DNA from: Chloroflexota bacterium | GTDB taxonomy: Bacteria; Chloroflexota; Dehalococcoidia; Lucifugimonadales; UBA3495 | Assembly (NCBI GenBank): GCA_027623675.1 | Contig: JAQBVF010000015.1 | Coordinates: 1-64,000 of the forward strand | DNA length: 64,000 nucleotides | Direction: 5' to 3' | Part shown: one piece after another, positions 49,428-58,427 of the stretch | Layout: every line of letters starts with the position of its first letter | Position numbering within the stretch: the stretch's first letter is position 1 | Position numbers and translations under genes: made by a program | The notes under the pieces: model-generated | Seen by the model: the letters and a program-made list of their open reading frames with translations, nothing else | What the model was told of the DNA's origin: nothing | Databases searched by the model: none

Positions 49428-50762
49428 ATGGCAACGATACTTGAGGATTACATCGCCAAGCACCCCGGCTCGGCCCAACGGTACGTGGAGGCTTCCAAGT
49501 TGTTCCCCGGCGGCGTGACCCATGACACCCGTTACGCCCAACCGTTCCCCCTCTACATGACCCATGGGGAAGGTCCGCGCAAATGGGACGTCGACGGAAA
49601 CGAATACGTGGACTACGTCTCCGGACACGGCGCGCTGTTGCTGGGCCATTCCAACCCGGCCATCGCCGCCGCCGTCGCCAGGCAGATCTCGCGGGGCACC
49701 CACCTGGGCGCATCCACCGACGAGGAGATCCGCTGGGCCAACGCCATCCGTGCCTTGATACCGTCCATCGAGAAGCTCCGCTTCCACAGTTCCGGCACGG
49801 AAGCCACCCTGATGGCGATGCGCCTAGCCCGAGCCTACACCGGCAAGGACAAGATCATCAAGCTGCAGGACCACTTCCACGGCTGGCACGATTACGCCAT
49901 GGCCGGTTCCGATCAATCGACCCCCGGCATACCAGAAGCCAACACGGGCACCATGGTGGTCGTTCCATCCGGGGACCTGGGGGCGGTGGAAGACGTCATC
50001 AAACGAGACCCCAACATCGCCGCCATCATCCTGGAACCCACCGGAGCCCATTTCGGCCAGTTGCCCTTCGATACCGCCAACTACCTGAAGGGACTCCGTG
50101 ATCTGACCGCCCAGAATGGGGTCATACTCATCTTCGACGAAGTTGTTACCGGGTTCCGGGTGTCTCCCGGCGGCAGTCAGGTCCGCTTCGGGGTCAGCCC
50201 CGACCTCACGACCATGGCCAAGATCGTTGCCGGCGGACTCCCCGGCGGCGCCGTGGGCGGCAAGGCCGACATCATAGACATGATCGCCCATCGTAACGAC
50301 CCCGACTGGGACAACCACCACCGGGTATACCATCCGGGTACGTTCAACGGGAACCCACTCTCCGCGGTCGCTGGCGCCACCGCTCTTGAGATGATTGCCA
50401 GCGAGCCCATCAACGCCAATGCCGACGCCATGGCGGCAAGGCTAAAGTCGGGCCTGAACGACGTGCTTGGCCGGCTGGAGATTCCTGGTCACGCCCACGG
50501 CATCGCTTCCATCATCCACGTGGTGCTGGCCGACTGCGATTGCGACCGCGAGACCTGCACCATGAGCCACGCCAAGATCGCCGCGACCAACGGGTCCGCC
50601 GCGACGACAGCCATGAAGCGGGGCCTGCAGAACCGGGGAGTGGACATAATGAGCCGCGAATGCTTCCTGGTGTCCAGCACTCACACCGAGAAAGAGATCG
50701 ATCACACCATCAGCGCCTTCCAAGAAGCTATGACCGCCGTCCGCGCCGACGGCCTCATCTAG
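49428..50762 (+). CDS. Class III aminotransferase, glutamate-1-semialdehyde aminomutase-like
   Basis: WDVDGNEYVDY, SSGTEAT, FHGWHD, LIFDEVVTGFR, MAKIVAGGLP, GTFNGNP; ATG 49428 after GGAGG; may be a HemL paralog rather than true HemL. Confidence 0.85.
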   Translation: MATILEDYIAKHPGSAQRYVEASKLFPGGVTHDTRYAQPFPLYMTHGEGPRKWDVDGNEYVDYVSGHGALLLGHSNPAIAAAVARQISRGTHLGASTDEEIRWANAIRALIPSIEKLRFHSSGTEATLMAMRLARAYTGKDKIIKLQDHFHGWHDYAMAGSDQSTPGIPEANTGTMVVVPSGDLGAVEDVIKRDPNIAAIILEPTGAHFGQLPFDTANYLKGLRDLTAQNGVILIFDEVVTGFRVSPGGSQVRFGVSPDLTTMAKIVAGGLPGGAVGGKADIIDMIAHRNDPDWDNHHRVYHPGTFNGNPLSAVAGATALEMIASEPINANADAMAARLKSGLNDVLGRLEIPGHAHGIASIIHVVLADCDCDRETCTMSHAKIAATNGSAATTAMKRGLQNRGVDIMSRECFLVSSTHTEKEIDHTISAFQEAMTAVRADGLI

Positions 50763-50870
50763 GCAAGACAGATAAGCGATACGGCACATAAAGCCATGGC
50801 CCGATAGCCTCGAGCCGTACCGTTATCGACCTTTAGGTTACGACCTCACTCGGAATTACTCGGTGGCCCG

Positions 50871-52580
50871 CTAGATACCGTCTTGACCGGGCGCGGTTTG
50901 GGTTTCTTTCTCCCTCAAGAACAGATACCCCACGACTACTACCCCGATGACAGCGAGCGCGATCAACGCGATCACGGCCATCGATATAGGCCCATCTGCT
51001 GTACCGGAATCAGCTGCCTGCTCCGCCGGGGTCCCTGAGTCGCCGGCCGAGCTTGAGCCAGATACCGGTGGCGCGGCTTCCGGTCCATTCTGGTCCAGTG
51101 AGGAATCAGAAGGTGCGGCTGTCCCCTGTTGTTGGAAGGTCAGTCCGAAAACACTGAATCTGTCCGTCCGCGCCGATGCAGGCAGGTTAGACGTGTCAAC
51201 CGTGGTATCCAGCGGCAGCCAGCGGCCCAGTACCGGCTCATAGCGTTGGATCGAGATGCCATTCGGTCCGGATATTTCTAGATCTGCACTGCTGAATCCC
51301 ATCCTGAGGACCGCTTGTTCCAATAGGTATACATCGGTAAGAAGGGTGCCCTGGGCATCTAGAAGATTCACCTCGACGACGTTTCCAAGGTCACGGCTCG
51401 GCGGCGCCGTGGAACCCATGCCGCCGCCGGATTCACGCATGGCGACGAATCCCACCTCTTTGACCGCTCCGGGTGGAATAGTTAGGGTAACGTTATTTTT
51501 CGGCAGGGAGATCACCGTGCCGCCCGTCGGGGTAACGTCTGACACCACCGCGCCATCCAACGCCGACCGTCCGTCCATGGCAAGCGAAATGGCATTGGGG
51601 GTTAGAGCTGGGGCCGAAGAGCCGCCGGGCGACTCTGCAACCACCCGCACTGATCCGCTCGAGGCTGTGGCCGGCCAGCTTGTTGCGTCCATGGCGTTGA
51701 CCAGGTCTTTGATCGTGACGTCCAATGGACTGGCCCCTTTGGTCATTCCGGTGACCTGAATGTTCAGGACAACAGTGCGCCCAACTGGTCCCGGCCTTTC
51801 ACCGTGGAATCCCACGATGTTTACGAAGCCCTGCTCTTGGGTCACGCTGAATATGGGCGACCCGCTGAAGGGAGCTTCTCCCGGCAATATGCCGTCGATC
51901 CTGATGACAGCCGGGTTGTAGCCGACCGATATGTTATATCCCGCCAATCCTCCCTTGGGAGTAAATACAACGGTCACCGGGACCGTTGTCGATTGGCCCA
52001 GGGCTACCGATGAGGTGCCAATCATCACCGCGGCGTTGGACACCTCGGCGCGGCCGTGCTGCGCGGACCCGACCGCGATGGCCTGGTCCAGACTGCCCTT
52101 GAGTTCCACGCCGGAGAACCTCAGGGCGGTTGACGCATCCAACTCCCCAACCGCCGAGACGCTGATCCTTGCCAGGAGTGCGTCCTCGGCGGCCCCGCCC
52201 CGCGTCCGGTTCGGGCTGATGGTGACACGGCCCGAACCGTTGTCAATGGATGAGGTCGGTATCTGGTCGAAGGGGGCATTTCCTCCGCTCACGCCGTCAA
52301 CCGTGATCACTGCCGGGTCATAGTCCAAGGTCACGGAATACCCGGTTAACCGGTCGGTATCGTCCAGCCCGAATACCCACAGATCCAAGACGTCCTGGTC
52401 GCCTGGACCCATCAGCAACGGCGCCGGCAGCACGGCCAGCGTGGTGTGACCGGCCAGCGCTGGCCGCGCCGGGATCGACAGCGTAATCACCCCCGCAGCC
52501 GATACCCCGACCGCTAGCAGGAACAACCGATTGACCGGCAACGACCTAAATACGTTTTTTACGATTTTGATTATGGACAT
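50871..52580 (-). CDS. Membrane-anchored scaffold: signal peptide, two cohesin-like domains, ZU5-like domain, C-terminal TM
   Basis: PARPALA signal; two repeats LTGYSVTLDYDPAVI / LAGYNISVGYNPAVI...G.APF; TPTGG...LTIPPGAV...RFSVFGL; TM followed by REK. Confidence 0.75.
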   Translation of the reverse strand: MSIIKIVKNVFRSLPVNRLFLLAVGVSAAGVITLSIPARPALAGHTTLAVLPAPLLMGPGDQDVLDLWVFGLDDTDRLTGYSVTLDYDPAVITVDGVSGGNAPFDQIPTSSIDNGSGRVTISPNRTRGGAAEDALLARISVSAVGELDASTALRFSGVELKGSLDQAIAVGSAQHGRAEVSNAAVMIGTSSVALGQSTTVPVTVVFTPKGGLAGYNISVGYNPAVIRIDGILPGEAPFSGSPIFSVTQEQGFVNIVGFHGERPGPVGRTVVLNIQVTGMTKGASPLDVTIKDLVNAMDATSWPATASSGSVRVVAESPGGSSAPALTPNAISLAMDGRSALDGAVVSDVTPTGGTVISLPKNNVTLTIPPGAVKEVGFVAMRESGGGMGSTAPPSRDLGNVVEVNLLDAQGTLLTDVYLLEQAVLRMGFSSADLEISGPNGISIQRYEPVLGRWLPLDTTVDTSNLPASARTDRFSVFGLTFQQQGTAAPSDSSLDQNGPEAAPPVSGSSSAGDSGTPAEQAADSGTADGPISMAVIALIALAVIGVVVVGYLFLREKETQTAPGQDGI

Positions 52581-52588
52581 CCTTCCCT

Positions 52589-54340
52589 CTACGGGATCGG
52601 CTCGTAGAACTCATCCACGTTGCCGACCAAGAACTGGGCGATGAGTATGGCGTCGGCTAAACTGATCACATCATTTGGCCCATCGTGGTTCACGCTCCCC
52701 GCATTTACCGGATGGACCTGGCCAGGGCCCTCGCCCACCGGCCTGGAGGCAGGCGACACCAGGTACTGGCCAATGAACAGCGCATCGCTGATGCCGACAC
52801 TTCCGTTGGCCGATGCGTCACCCCGTAGGAAAGTCCTGGAATCGGGCGGCGGTTCCTGTTCGATCGGATTCCCAGCGCCGTCCAATATCTCTACGAAAGT
52901 CAGGCTTACGGTCGTCAGACCCGACACCGGATCATTGGACCCCAACAACCGGAGAGCAACGAAGGCCAGTGGGTCGATCGGGGCCACGACGCCGGTTCCC
53001 GTTGTGACAGCGGTCGCCTGCATGTGGACCGACCCTGCCAGGATCGAGCAGTCGGTGACACCGGAAGTAAATGGCGACTTCAACCGGCAGTCCGTGCCGA
53101 CCGCCTGGGCTGCAGGGAATGTGATATTAGCTTCGTAGCTTGCTATTTCCCGGGTTGGCAACGGTGTTCCGGTGGCGGTGTTTTTGATCAGGTCGATGGT
53201 GGACTTGACGCCAGTGGGCAAGGCCGGGTCATCCACATCTTGGACCGCCACCAGGCCGGTTTCAGCCGTGGCAGTGATCGAAACCAGACAGATCTGTCCA
53301 TCTTGGTGCGTGTTCGTCAGGGCCGCGCCTGCGTTGTCCACGATCTCCACCACCGTCAGGTCAACAACGCTGCATTGCCCTGCAGTTCCCACAGCCTCGA
53401 ACACTACGTTCGCGACGGTGATTGCCGCCGGCACGGACTGTGAGCCACATTGGAAATGGTTCCAGGCTACAACACCGGCCCCGGAAGTGGGACTGGTGAT
53501 ATTTGAGGCGGTGATGCCGTTGAATGGCGAGTCACCGCCCAATACCGCAGTGGCGGTGATAACGGTGGAATCGTAGGCAATCTCGAATTGGTAGGCGCCC
53601 AAGTCCCCGGATGGCGCGTTGAGCACGTCCACCGGAATCGTTGTCGACGTGCCGGAAACACCCAGCGTGACGTCAGTAGAGAGCGGCACCGTTACTGACA
53701 GTACCGGCGGAGGTGGTGGCGGAGCCAAGACGGTTACGGTCGCCGTGAACGAACCACTGTTGTCGCCCACTCCGCCGGTGTCCAATCCGCTTCGGTCGCA
53801 TTTAACGAACCCATCGTTGAATCCCAGGAATAGGGTTCCGGCAGCGTCCGTTGTATTGGCTATCGGAACTGTACCGTCAAAACTGGACCCGATGAAGAAG
53901 CCTTTCCCGTCTAAGCTGGACGCCGCTGCTATGTTTCCAACCAGCGACTGTCCTTGGACACTGGGATCGGTGACCAGGTTGGAGCAGCTCCCACCCGGGT
54001 CGACGCCGTCCGGTCCGGCAGTTCGACCGGCCGAGTCGAAGATTATGACTCCGGTCCCGGTCACCGATATGGTGTAGCCGGAGCCGACCGTAAGCCCGGT
54101 ATTGGTCCATGCCTGTGTGGAAGGCACGTTGATCGTGACAGTCGTCGCCAGAGGCCCTGAGAGACCGGCGGCGGATTCCTTGGGCCAGTACCGGCCGGTT
54201 ATATCTTCCACGCTCCCTGTTCCAAAATTGGCCAGCACGTTGTTGAACAGTATCAAGAACAAGGTGATACTGGACGCCAAACAAAATGCTGCGATGAACA
54301 CCATCGGGTCGAGACCTAATGCCACTCTCGTGCGATTCAT
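52589..54340 (-). CDS. Exported modular protein: LecA/PA-IL-like domain, cohesin(s), C-terminal dockerin
   Basis: N-terminal hydrophobic segment; WTNTG...GPDG...LGFND...DNSGSF; P6 linker; LGAYQFEIAYDSTVI; RGDASANGSVGISDALFIGQYL and VNHDG...ISLADAILIAQFL. Confidence 0.75.
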   Translation of the reverse strand: MNRTRVALGLDPMVFIAAFCLASSITLFLILFNNVLANFGTGSVEDITGRYWPKESAAGLSGPLATTVTINVPSTQAWTNTGLTVGSGYTISVTGTGVIIFDSAGRTAGPDGVDPGGSCSNLVTDPSVQGQSLVGNIAAASSLDGKGFFIGSSFDGTVPIANTTDAAGTLFLGFNDGFVKCDRSGLDTGGVGDNSGSFTATVTVLAPPPPPPVLSVTVPLSTDVTLGVSGTSTTIPVDVLNAPSGDLGAYQFEIAYDSTVITATAVLGGDSPFNGITASNITSPTSGAGVVAWNHFQCGSQSVPAAITVANVVFEAVGTAGQCSVVDLTVVEIVDNAGAALTNTHQDGQICLVSITATAETGLVAVQDVDDPALPTGVKSTIDLIKNTATGTPLPTREIASYEANITFPAAQAVGTDCRLKSPFTSGVTDCSILAGSVHMQATAVTTGTGVVAPIDPLAFVALRLLGSNDPVSGLTTVSLTFVEILDGAGNPIEQEPPPDSRTFLRGDASANGSVGISDALFIGQYLVSPASRPVGEGPGQVHPVNAGSVNHDGPNDVISLADAILIAQFLVGNVDEFYEPIP

Positions 54341-54763
54341 ACGCGCCTCCCTCGATGAATAACGGGCTGGATATTGAGACAGACCATCTATTACCAGAGC
54401 CTGGCCCGTTAGAATCGGCTAGGAAATCCGGTAACAGACCCTTCGACGCAGGCCCGGGAGTTCGCCATCAGACCTGTGTTTCCGGCATACAAGGCATCAC
54501 TGATTAGGTCATAACCATATCAGTGATATTAGAGATTATGCATCCTAAAATACCGGGCGCCTAAATGTCAAATCCGGCGGGTAACGGGTTTTCTCTCCGG
54601 AAGCACCTGTCCATTTACGTAGATAATGAATGCGCGACAGCCCCTTTGCGGTTTGGGTTGGAGCCCCTGATGCCCGCCGCTCCGGATTCTGGTAGAATTC
54701 GCCAATCCGAATCCCGAATGACCCACAGACAAAACCCCGGACAAGATAATGAGGTGATCCACC

Positions 54764-55474
54764 GTGCCTAGTTTTACTGACAAGTTGACTGTCGGCGGCA
54801 GCCAGATGGACATGTATGCGGCGTTGCCGGAGGGCTCCGGACCTCATCCCGCCGTGGTGATCGCCTTTCATGTCGGCGGGCTGGATGACTTTGACCGTAA
54901 GATGGCCGACCACTTGGCCGAGGCCGGGTATGTGGCCGTGGTGCCGGACCTGTTCCACCGGTTTCCAAAGGAAGTTATGGATGGCCCCCGTTTGGACCGC
55001 CTGGGCCACCTGAAAGATGCGGACATCATCGCCGACATGAACGCCGCCGTTGATTTCCTCACGGCCAACCCGTCCATCGACAGTGGCCGGTTGGGCGTGA
55101 CCGGATTCTGCATGGGCGGGCGGATCGCCTGGTTGATGGCCGCCACCAACCCCGTCTTCAAGTGCACCGTGCCCTTCTACGGCGGCAACATCATGGGCAA
55201 TTGGGGGCCAGGAGACACTCCGTTCTCCATGGCCAGCAACATCAACTGCCCCATGCTGTTCCATTTCGGGTCGTTGGACGGCAACCCATCGGTTGACGAC
55301 CGGGACAAGTTTGACGCCGAGCTAACGCGCCTGGGCAAGGACCACGTGTTCCATACCTACGAGGGCGCGAACCACGCCTTCATGGACTTCACGAACCCCG
55401 ACCGGTTCCACGAAGAATCGGGCAAAGTGGCCTGGACCCGGACGATCGAGTTCTTTGACCAGCACCTGAAGTAG
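54764..55474 (+). CDS. Dienelactone hydrolase family protein (copy 1)
   Basis: GY.AV.PDLF, GVTGFCMGG nucleophile, FYG, YEGANHAF. Confidence 0.92.
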   Translation: MPSFTDKLTVGGSQMDMYAALPEGSGPHPAVVIAFHVGGLDDFDRKMADHLAEAGYVAVVPDLFHRFPKEVMDGPRLDRLGHLKDADIIADMNAAVDFLTANPSIDSGRLGVTGFCMGGRIAWLMAATNPVFKCTVPFYGGNIMGNWGPGDTPFSMASNINCPMLFHFGSLDGNPSVDDRDKFDAELTRLGKDHVFHTYEGANHAFMDFTNPDRFHEESGKVAWTRTIEFFDQHLK

Positions 55475-55551
55475 GCTGTCGGGAAGTAGCTGCCGTGAAG
55501 TAGGTGGGGCGAAATTTGGGGATGATTCGTATCTGAGTTGGGAGGGGCTGT

Positions 55552-56304
55552 ATGCCGTCGTTCTGGGAAAAGTTGCAGGTTAACGGGTCTGAGATGGATG
55601 TCTACGCCAGCGTGCCCGAAGGCACCGGTCCCTTTCCGGCCGTGGTGGTCGCCCAGCACGCATCGGGCGTGGACAAGTTCATTCAAGACATGGCCGATAA
55701 ACTCGCCGGCGCTGGCTACGCGGCAGTGGCCCCGGACCTGTTCCACCGGATCACCGACGAAATGGTTGAGAGCACCGGCAAGACCAAGCGGGACCAACTG
55801 GACGACCCGCTGATCATTGACGACATCAACGCCACCGTGGATTTTCTCAACGGTCATTCTTCCATCGACTCGGACCGTATCGGCATCACCGGGTTCTGCA
55901 TGGGTGGGCGGGTTACCTGGCTGGCCGCCGCGACTAATCCGGTCTTCAAAGCCGCCGTGCCCTACTACGGCGGGAACATAATGGTCCCGTGGGGGAGCGC
56001 CACCCAGGCGCCGTTCGCGGCGACATGCAACATCAGATGCCCGGTGTTGTTCCACTTCGGGGAGGTTGACGAAAACCCTTCCCAAGATGACATGGTCGTG
56101 TTGGACGCCGAGTTGAACAAGTTCGCCGTTCCCCATCAGTTCTACACCTACCCCGGCGCCAATCATGCCTTCATGAACCCGGCCAACCCGCCCCGCTACC
56201 AGAGAGCGGCGGCAGAGATGTCGTGGCCGCGGACCTTGGACTTCTTTGGCCGGCACCTGAGCGGCGCCCGGCCTTCGGGCTACGACGGACCGCCCTGCGA
56301 ATAA
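55552..56304 (+). CDS. Dienelactone hydrolase family protein (copy 2)
   Basis: GITGFCMGG, YYG, YPGANHAF; collinear paralog of the preceding gene. Confidence 0.92.
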   Translation: MPSFWEKLQVNGSEMDVYASVPEGTGPFPAVVVAQHASGVDKFIQDMADKLAGAGYAAVAPDLFHRITDEMVESTGKTKRDQLDDPLIIDDINATVDFLNGHSSIDSDRIGITGFCMGGRVTWLAAATNPVFKAAVPYYGGNIMVPWGSATQAPFAATCNIRCPVLFHFGEVDENPSQDDMVVLDAELNKFAVPHQFYTYPGANHAFMNPANPPRYQRAAAEMSWPRTLDFFGRHLSGARPSGYDGPPCE

Positions 56305-56329
56305 ACGACACACCGATCTAGGAGTAAAC

Positions 56330-56854
56330 ATGCCCCGAGTATCATTGGACCTAGAACTGCCCGGCGACCGGGCGGTGGTTGATTCAGACGGCTGGAGGAT
56401 CGCCCCCGGCCTGGTTCCCGGCGAGCCCAACCAGGGCTTGGTGGCCGAGATGCGAGAGAGCCCAGCCCGCCTTCCGGACTACGACGACTCCTGGTGGCCG
56501 CAGAACGCCGACATCCAAGAGCGGCATTCGGTTGGCTTCACCTTTGCTTGGTACCGGATCAAGATCACCATCCCCGCCCAGGTGAAGGGCGAGAACGTGG
56601 CCGGCGGCCGGGTCTGGTTCGAGACCAACGTGGACAACTACGGCGAGGTCTACGTTGATGGGAACATCGACCGCGACAAGTGGGTGGTAACCGGCAACAA
56701 CACCCCCAAACGCATCCTCATCGAAGACCCGGCGGTCCCGGGGACCGAGCATGTCATCGCCGTTCTGGTGGCCAACGCGCCGCTGGGCGTGCCGGTGGGC
56801 GCGATCTTCATGCGCTACGCCACCTTGGCATTCGAGCCTGCGCCGGGAGCTTAA
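56330..56854 (+). CDS. Hypothetical protein with galactose-binding-like jelly-roll features
   Basis: YDDS.W, AWYR..I.IP, VDNYGEVYVDG, IAVLVAN resemble the sugar-binding domains of GH2-type enzymes; no signal peptide. Confidence 0.65.
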   Translation: MPRVSLDLELPGDRAVVDSDGWRIAPGLVPGEPNQGLVAEMRESPARLPDYDDSWWPQNADIQERHSVGFTFAWYRIKITIPAQVKGENVAGGRVWFETNVDNYGEVYVDGNIDRDKWVVTGNNTPKRILIEDPAVPGTEHVIAVLVANAPLGVPVGAIFMRYATLAFEPAPGA

Positions 56855-56942
56855 GAGCGCCGTCTGCACACCATCAATCTGGACATACCGGCCGGCAGCC
56901 CCGCGAAGGGGCCGCCGGCCGATCTGACATATGGGGGACGCC

Positions 56943-58427
56943 ATGAGCAGCGGATCATTCGCCGGCAAGCTGGCCGCGCCCGAATTTCCGGAAAGGCTGG
57001 AGTGGATCAATTCTGACCGGCCCGTGACCCTGCGGGGACTCAAGGGAAAGATCGTGGTCCTGGACTTCTGGACCTACTGTTGAATCAACTGCGCCCACAT
57101 CTTTCCGCAGTTGCGGAAACTGGAAAATAAGTACGCCAATGAACTGGCGGTGATCGGTGTCCACACGGCCAAATTCCCCAACGAAAAGGACACCGGCAAT
57201 CTGGCCAGCGCGGTGCGCCGGTACGAACTGGAGCACCCGGTGATCAACGACTCTGAATTCCAGGTTTGGCAGCAGTATTCCTGCCGGGCCTGGCCGACGT
57301 TGATGTTCATCGACCCCCAGGGAAATGTGATTGGCAAACACGAAGGCGAGATGAGTTATGACGCCTTCGATGGACTACTCGGCAAGATGTTGGCCGAGTT
57401 TGACGCCCAGGGTCTTTTAAATCACGAACCGTTGCCGTCCAAGTTTCGATCGGCGCCGGAGACGCTGCTCAGTTTTCCCGGAAAGGTGCTGGCCGACGGG
57501 CCGAGCGGCCGCCTTTTCATCGCCGACACCAACCATAACCGTGTCGTGGTAACTTCACTGGACGGCGCTGTGCGGGACGTCATCGGCAGCGGCCAAGAGG
57601 GTCTGACTGATGGCGATCTCGCCGGCTGCGCCTTCAACCATCCGCAGGGCATGGCGCTGGATGGCGAGACGCTGTATGTGGCCGATACGGAGAACCACGC
57701 GATACGCAAGATTGACTTGGGGACGGGGAAGCTGGCGACCATCGCCGGCACCGGCGAGCAGGGACATACCAGGGAAGGCACCCGCCCGGGCCGGACCATG
57801 GAACTTAGCTCCCCGTTCGACCTGGTGCACCATAACGGAATCCTGTATATCGCCATGGCCGGGATCCATCAACTATGGTCCATGGATCTGGATTCGGGCA
57901 TGGCCGGACCCTTCGCTGGAAACGGCAAAGAGGCGATCACCGACGGGCCGTTGGCGAACGCGGAGCTGGCCCAGCCGTGCGGCATCGCCACCGACGGGGT
58001 CAAGCTCTACTTCGCCGACAGTGAGACCAGCTCGGTGCGGTCGGCAGATATCAACCCGGCGGGCAAAGTGCAGACCATCGTGGGCCTGGACCTGTTCGTC
58101 TTTGGCGACGTGGACGGTTCGGACCACCGGGTCAGGCTGCAACACCCCATCGGCATCGCCCACCACGACGGCGTGATCTATATCGCCGACACCTACAACC
58201 ACAAGATCAAGCGGGTGCTGCCCGCCACCAGGAGCGCCTTCACCGTCTTGGGAACCGGGGCCTTCGGCCATACTGACGGGGCGGCCGAGGTAGCCCAGTT
58301 CTCCGAGCCCAGCGGCATCAGCTTCGCCAACGGCAAGATGTACATCGCCGACACCAACAACCACGCCATCCGGGTAGCGGACGTGGATTCGGGAGAGGTT
58401 TCCACCTTTGAGATAACCGGCCTGTGA
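56943..58427 (+). CDS. Thioredoxin-like plus NHL-repeat protein (NHLRC2/SOQ1-like), probable selenoprotein
   Basis: ATG 56943 reads APEF...WIN...[20 protein letters not shown] in frame into GVHTAKF.NE, AWPT..IDP.G, FPGK and IADT.NH repeats; TGA at 57081-57083. Confidence 0.88.
57095..57123 (+). promoter_or_regulatory. Candidate bacterial SECIS hairpin
   Basis: TTTCCGC-AGTT-GCGGAAA (57102-57119) starting 18 nt after the in-frame TGA; G at the second loop position. Confidence 0.55.

Noticed and set aside
50871..54340. True cellulosome
   Set aside because: No glycoside hydrolase or CBM3 module is recognisable in either protein or nearby.
56943..57110. Pseudogene or truncation reading of the Trx-NHL gene
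   Set aside because: The only stop is a TGA on the redox Cys, with intact frame and motifs on both sides. Sec recoding is the simpler explanation, though not proven.
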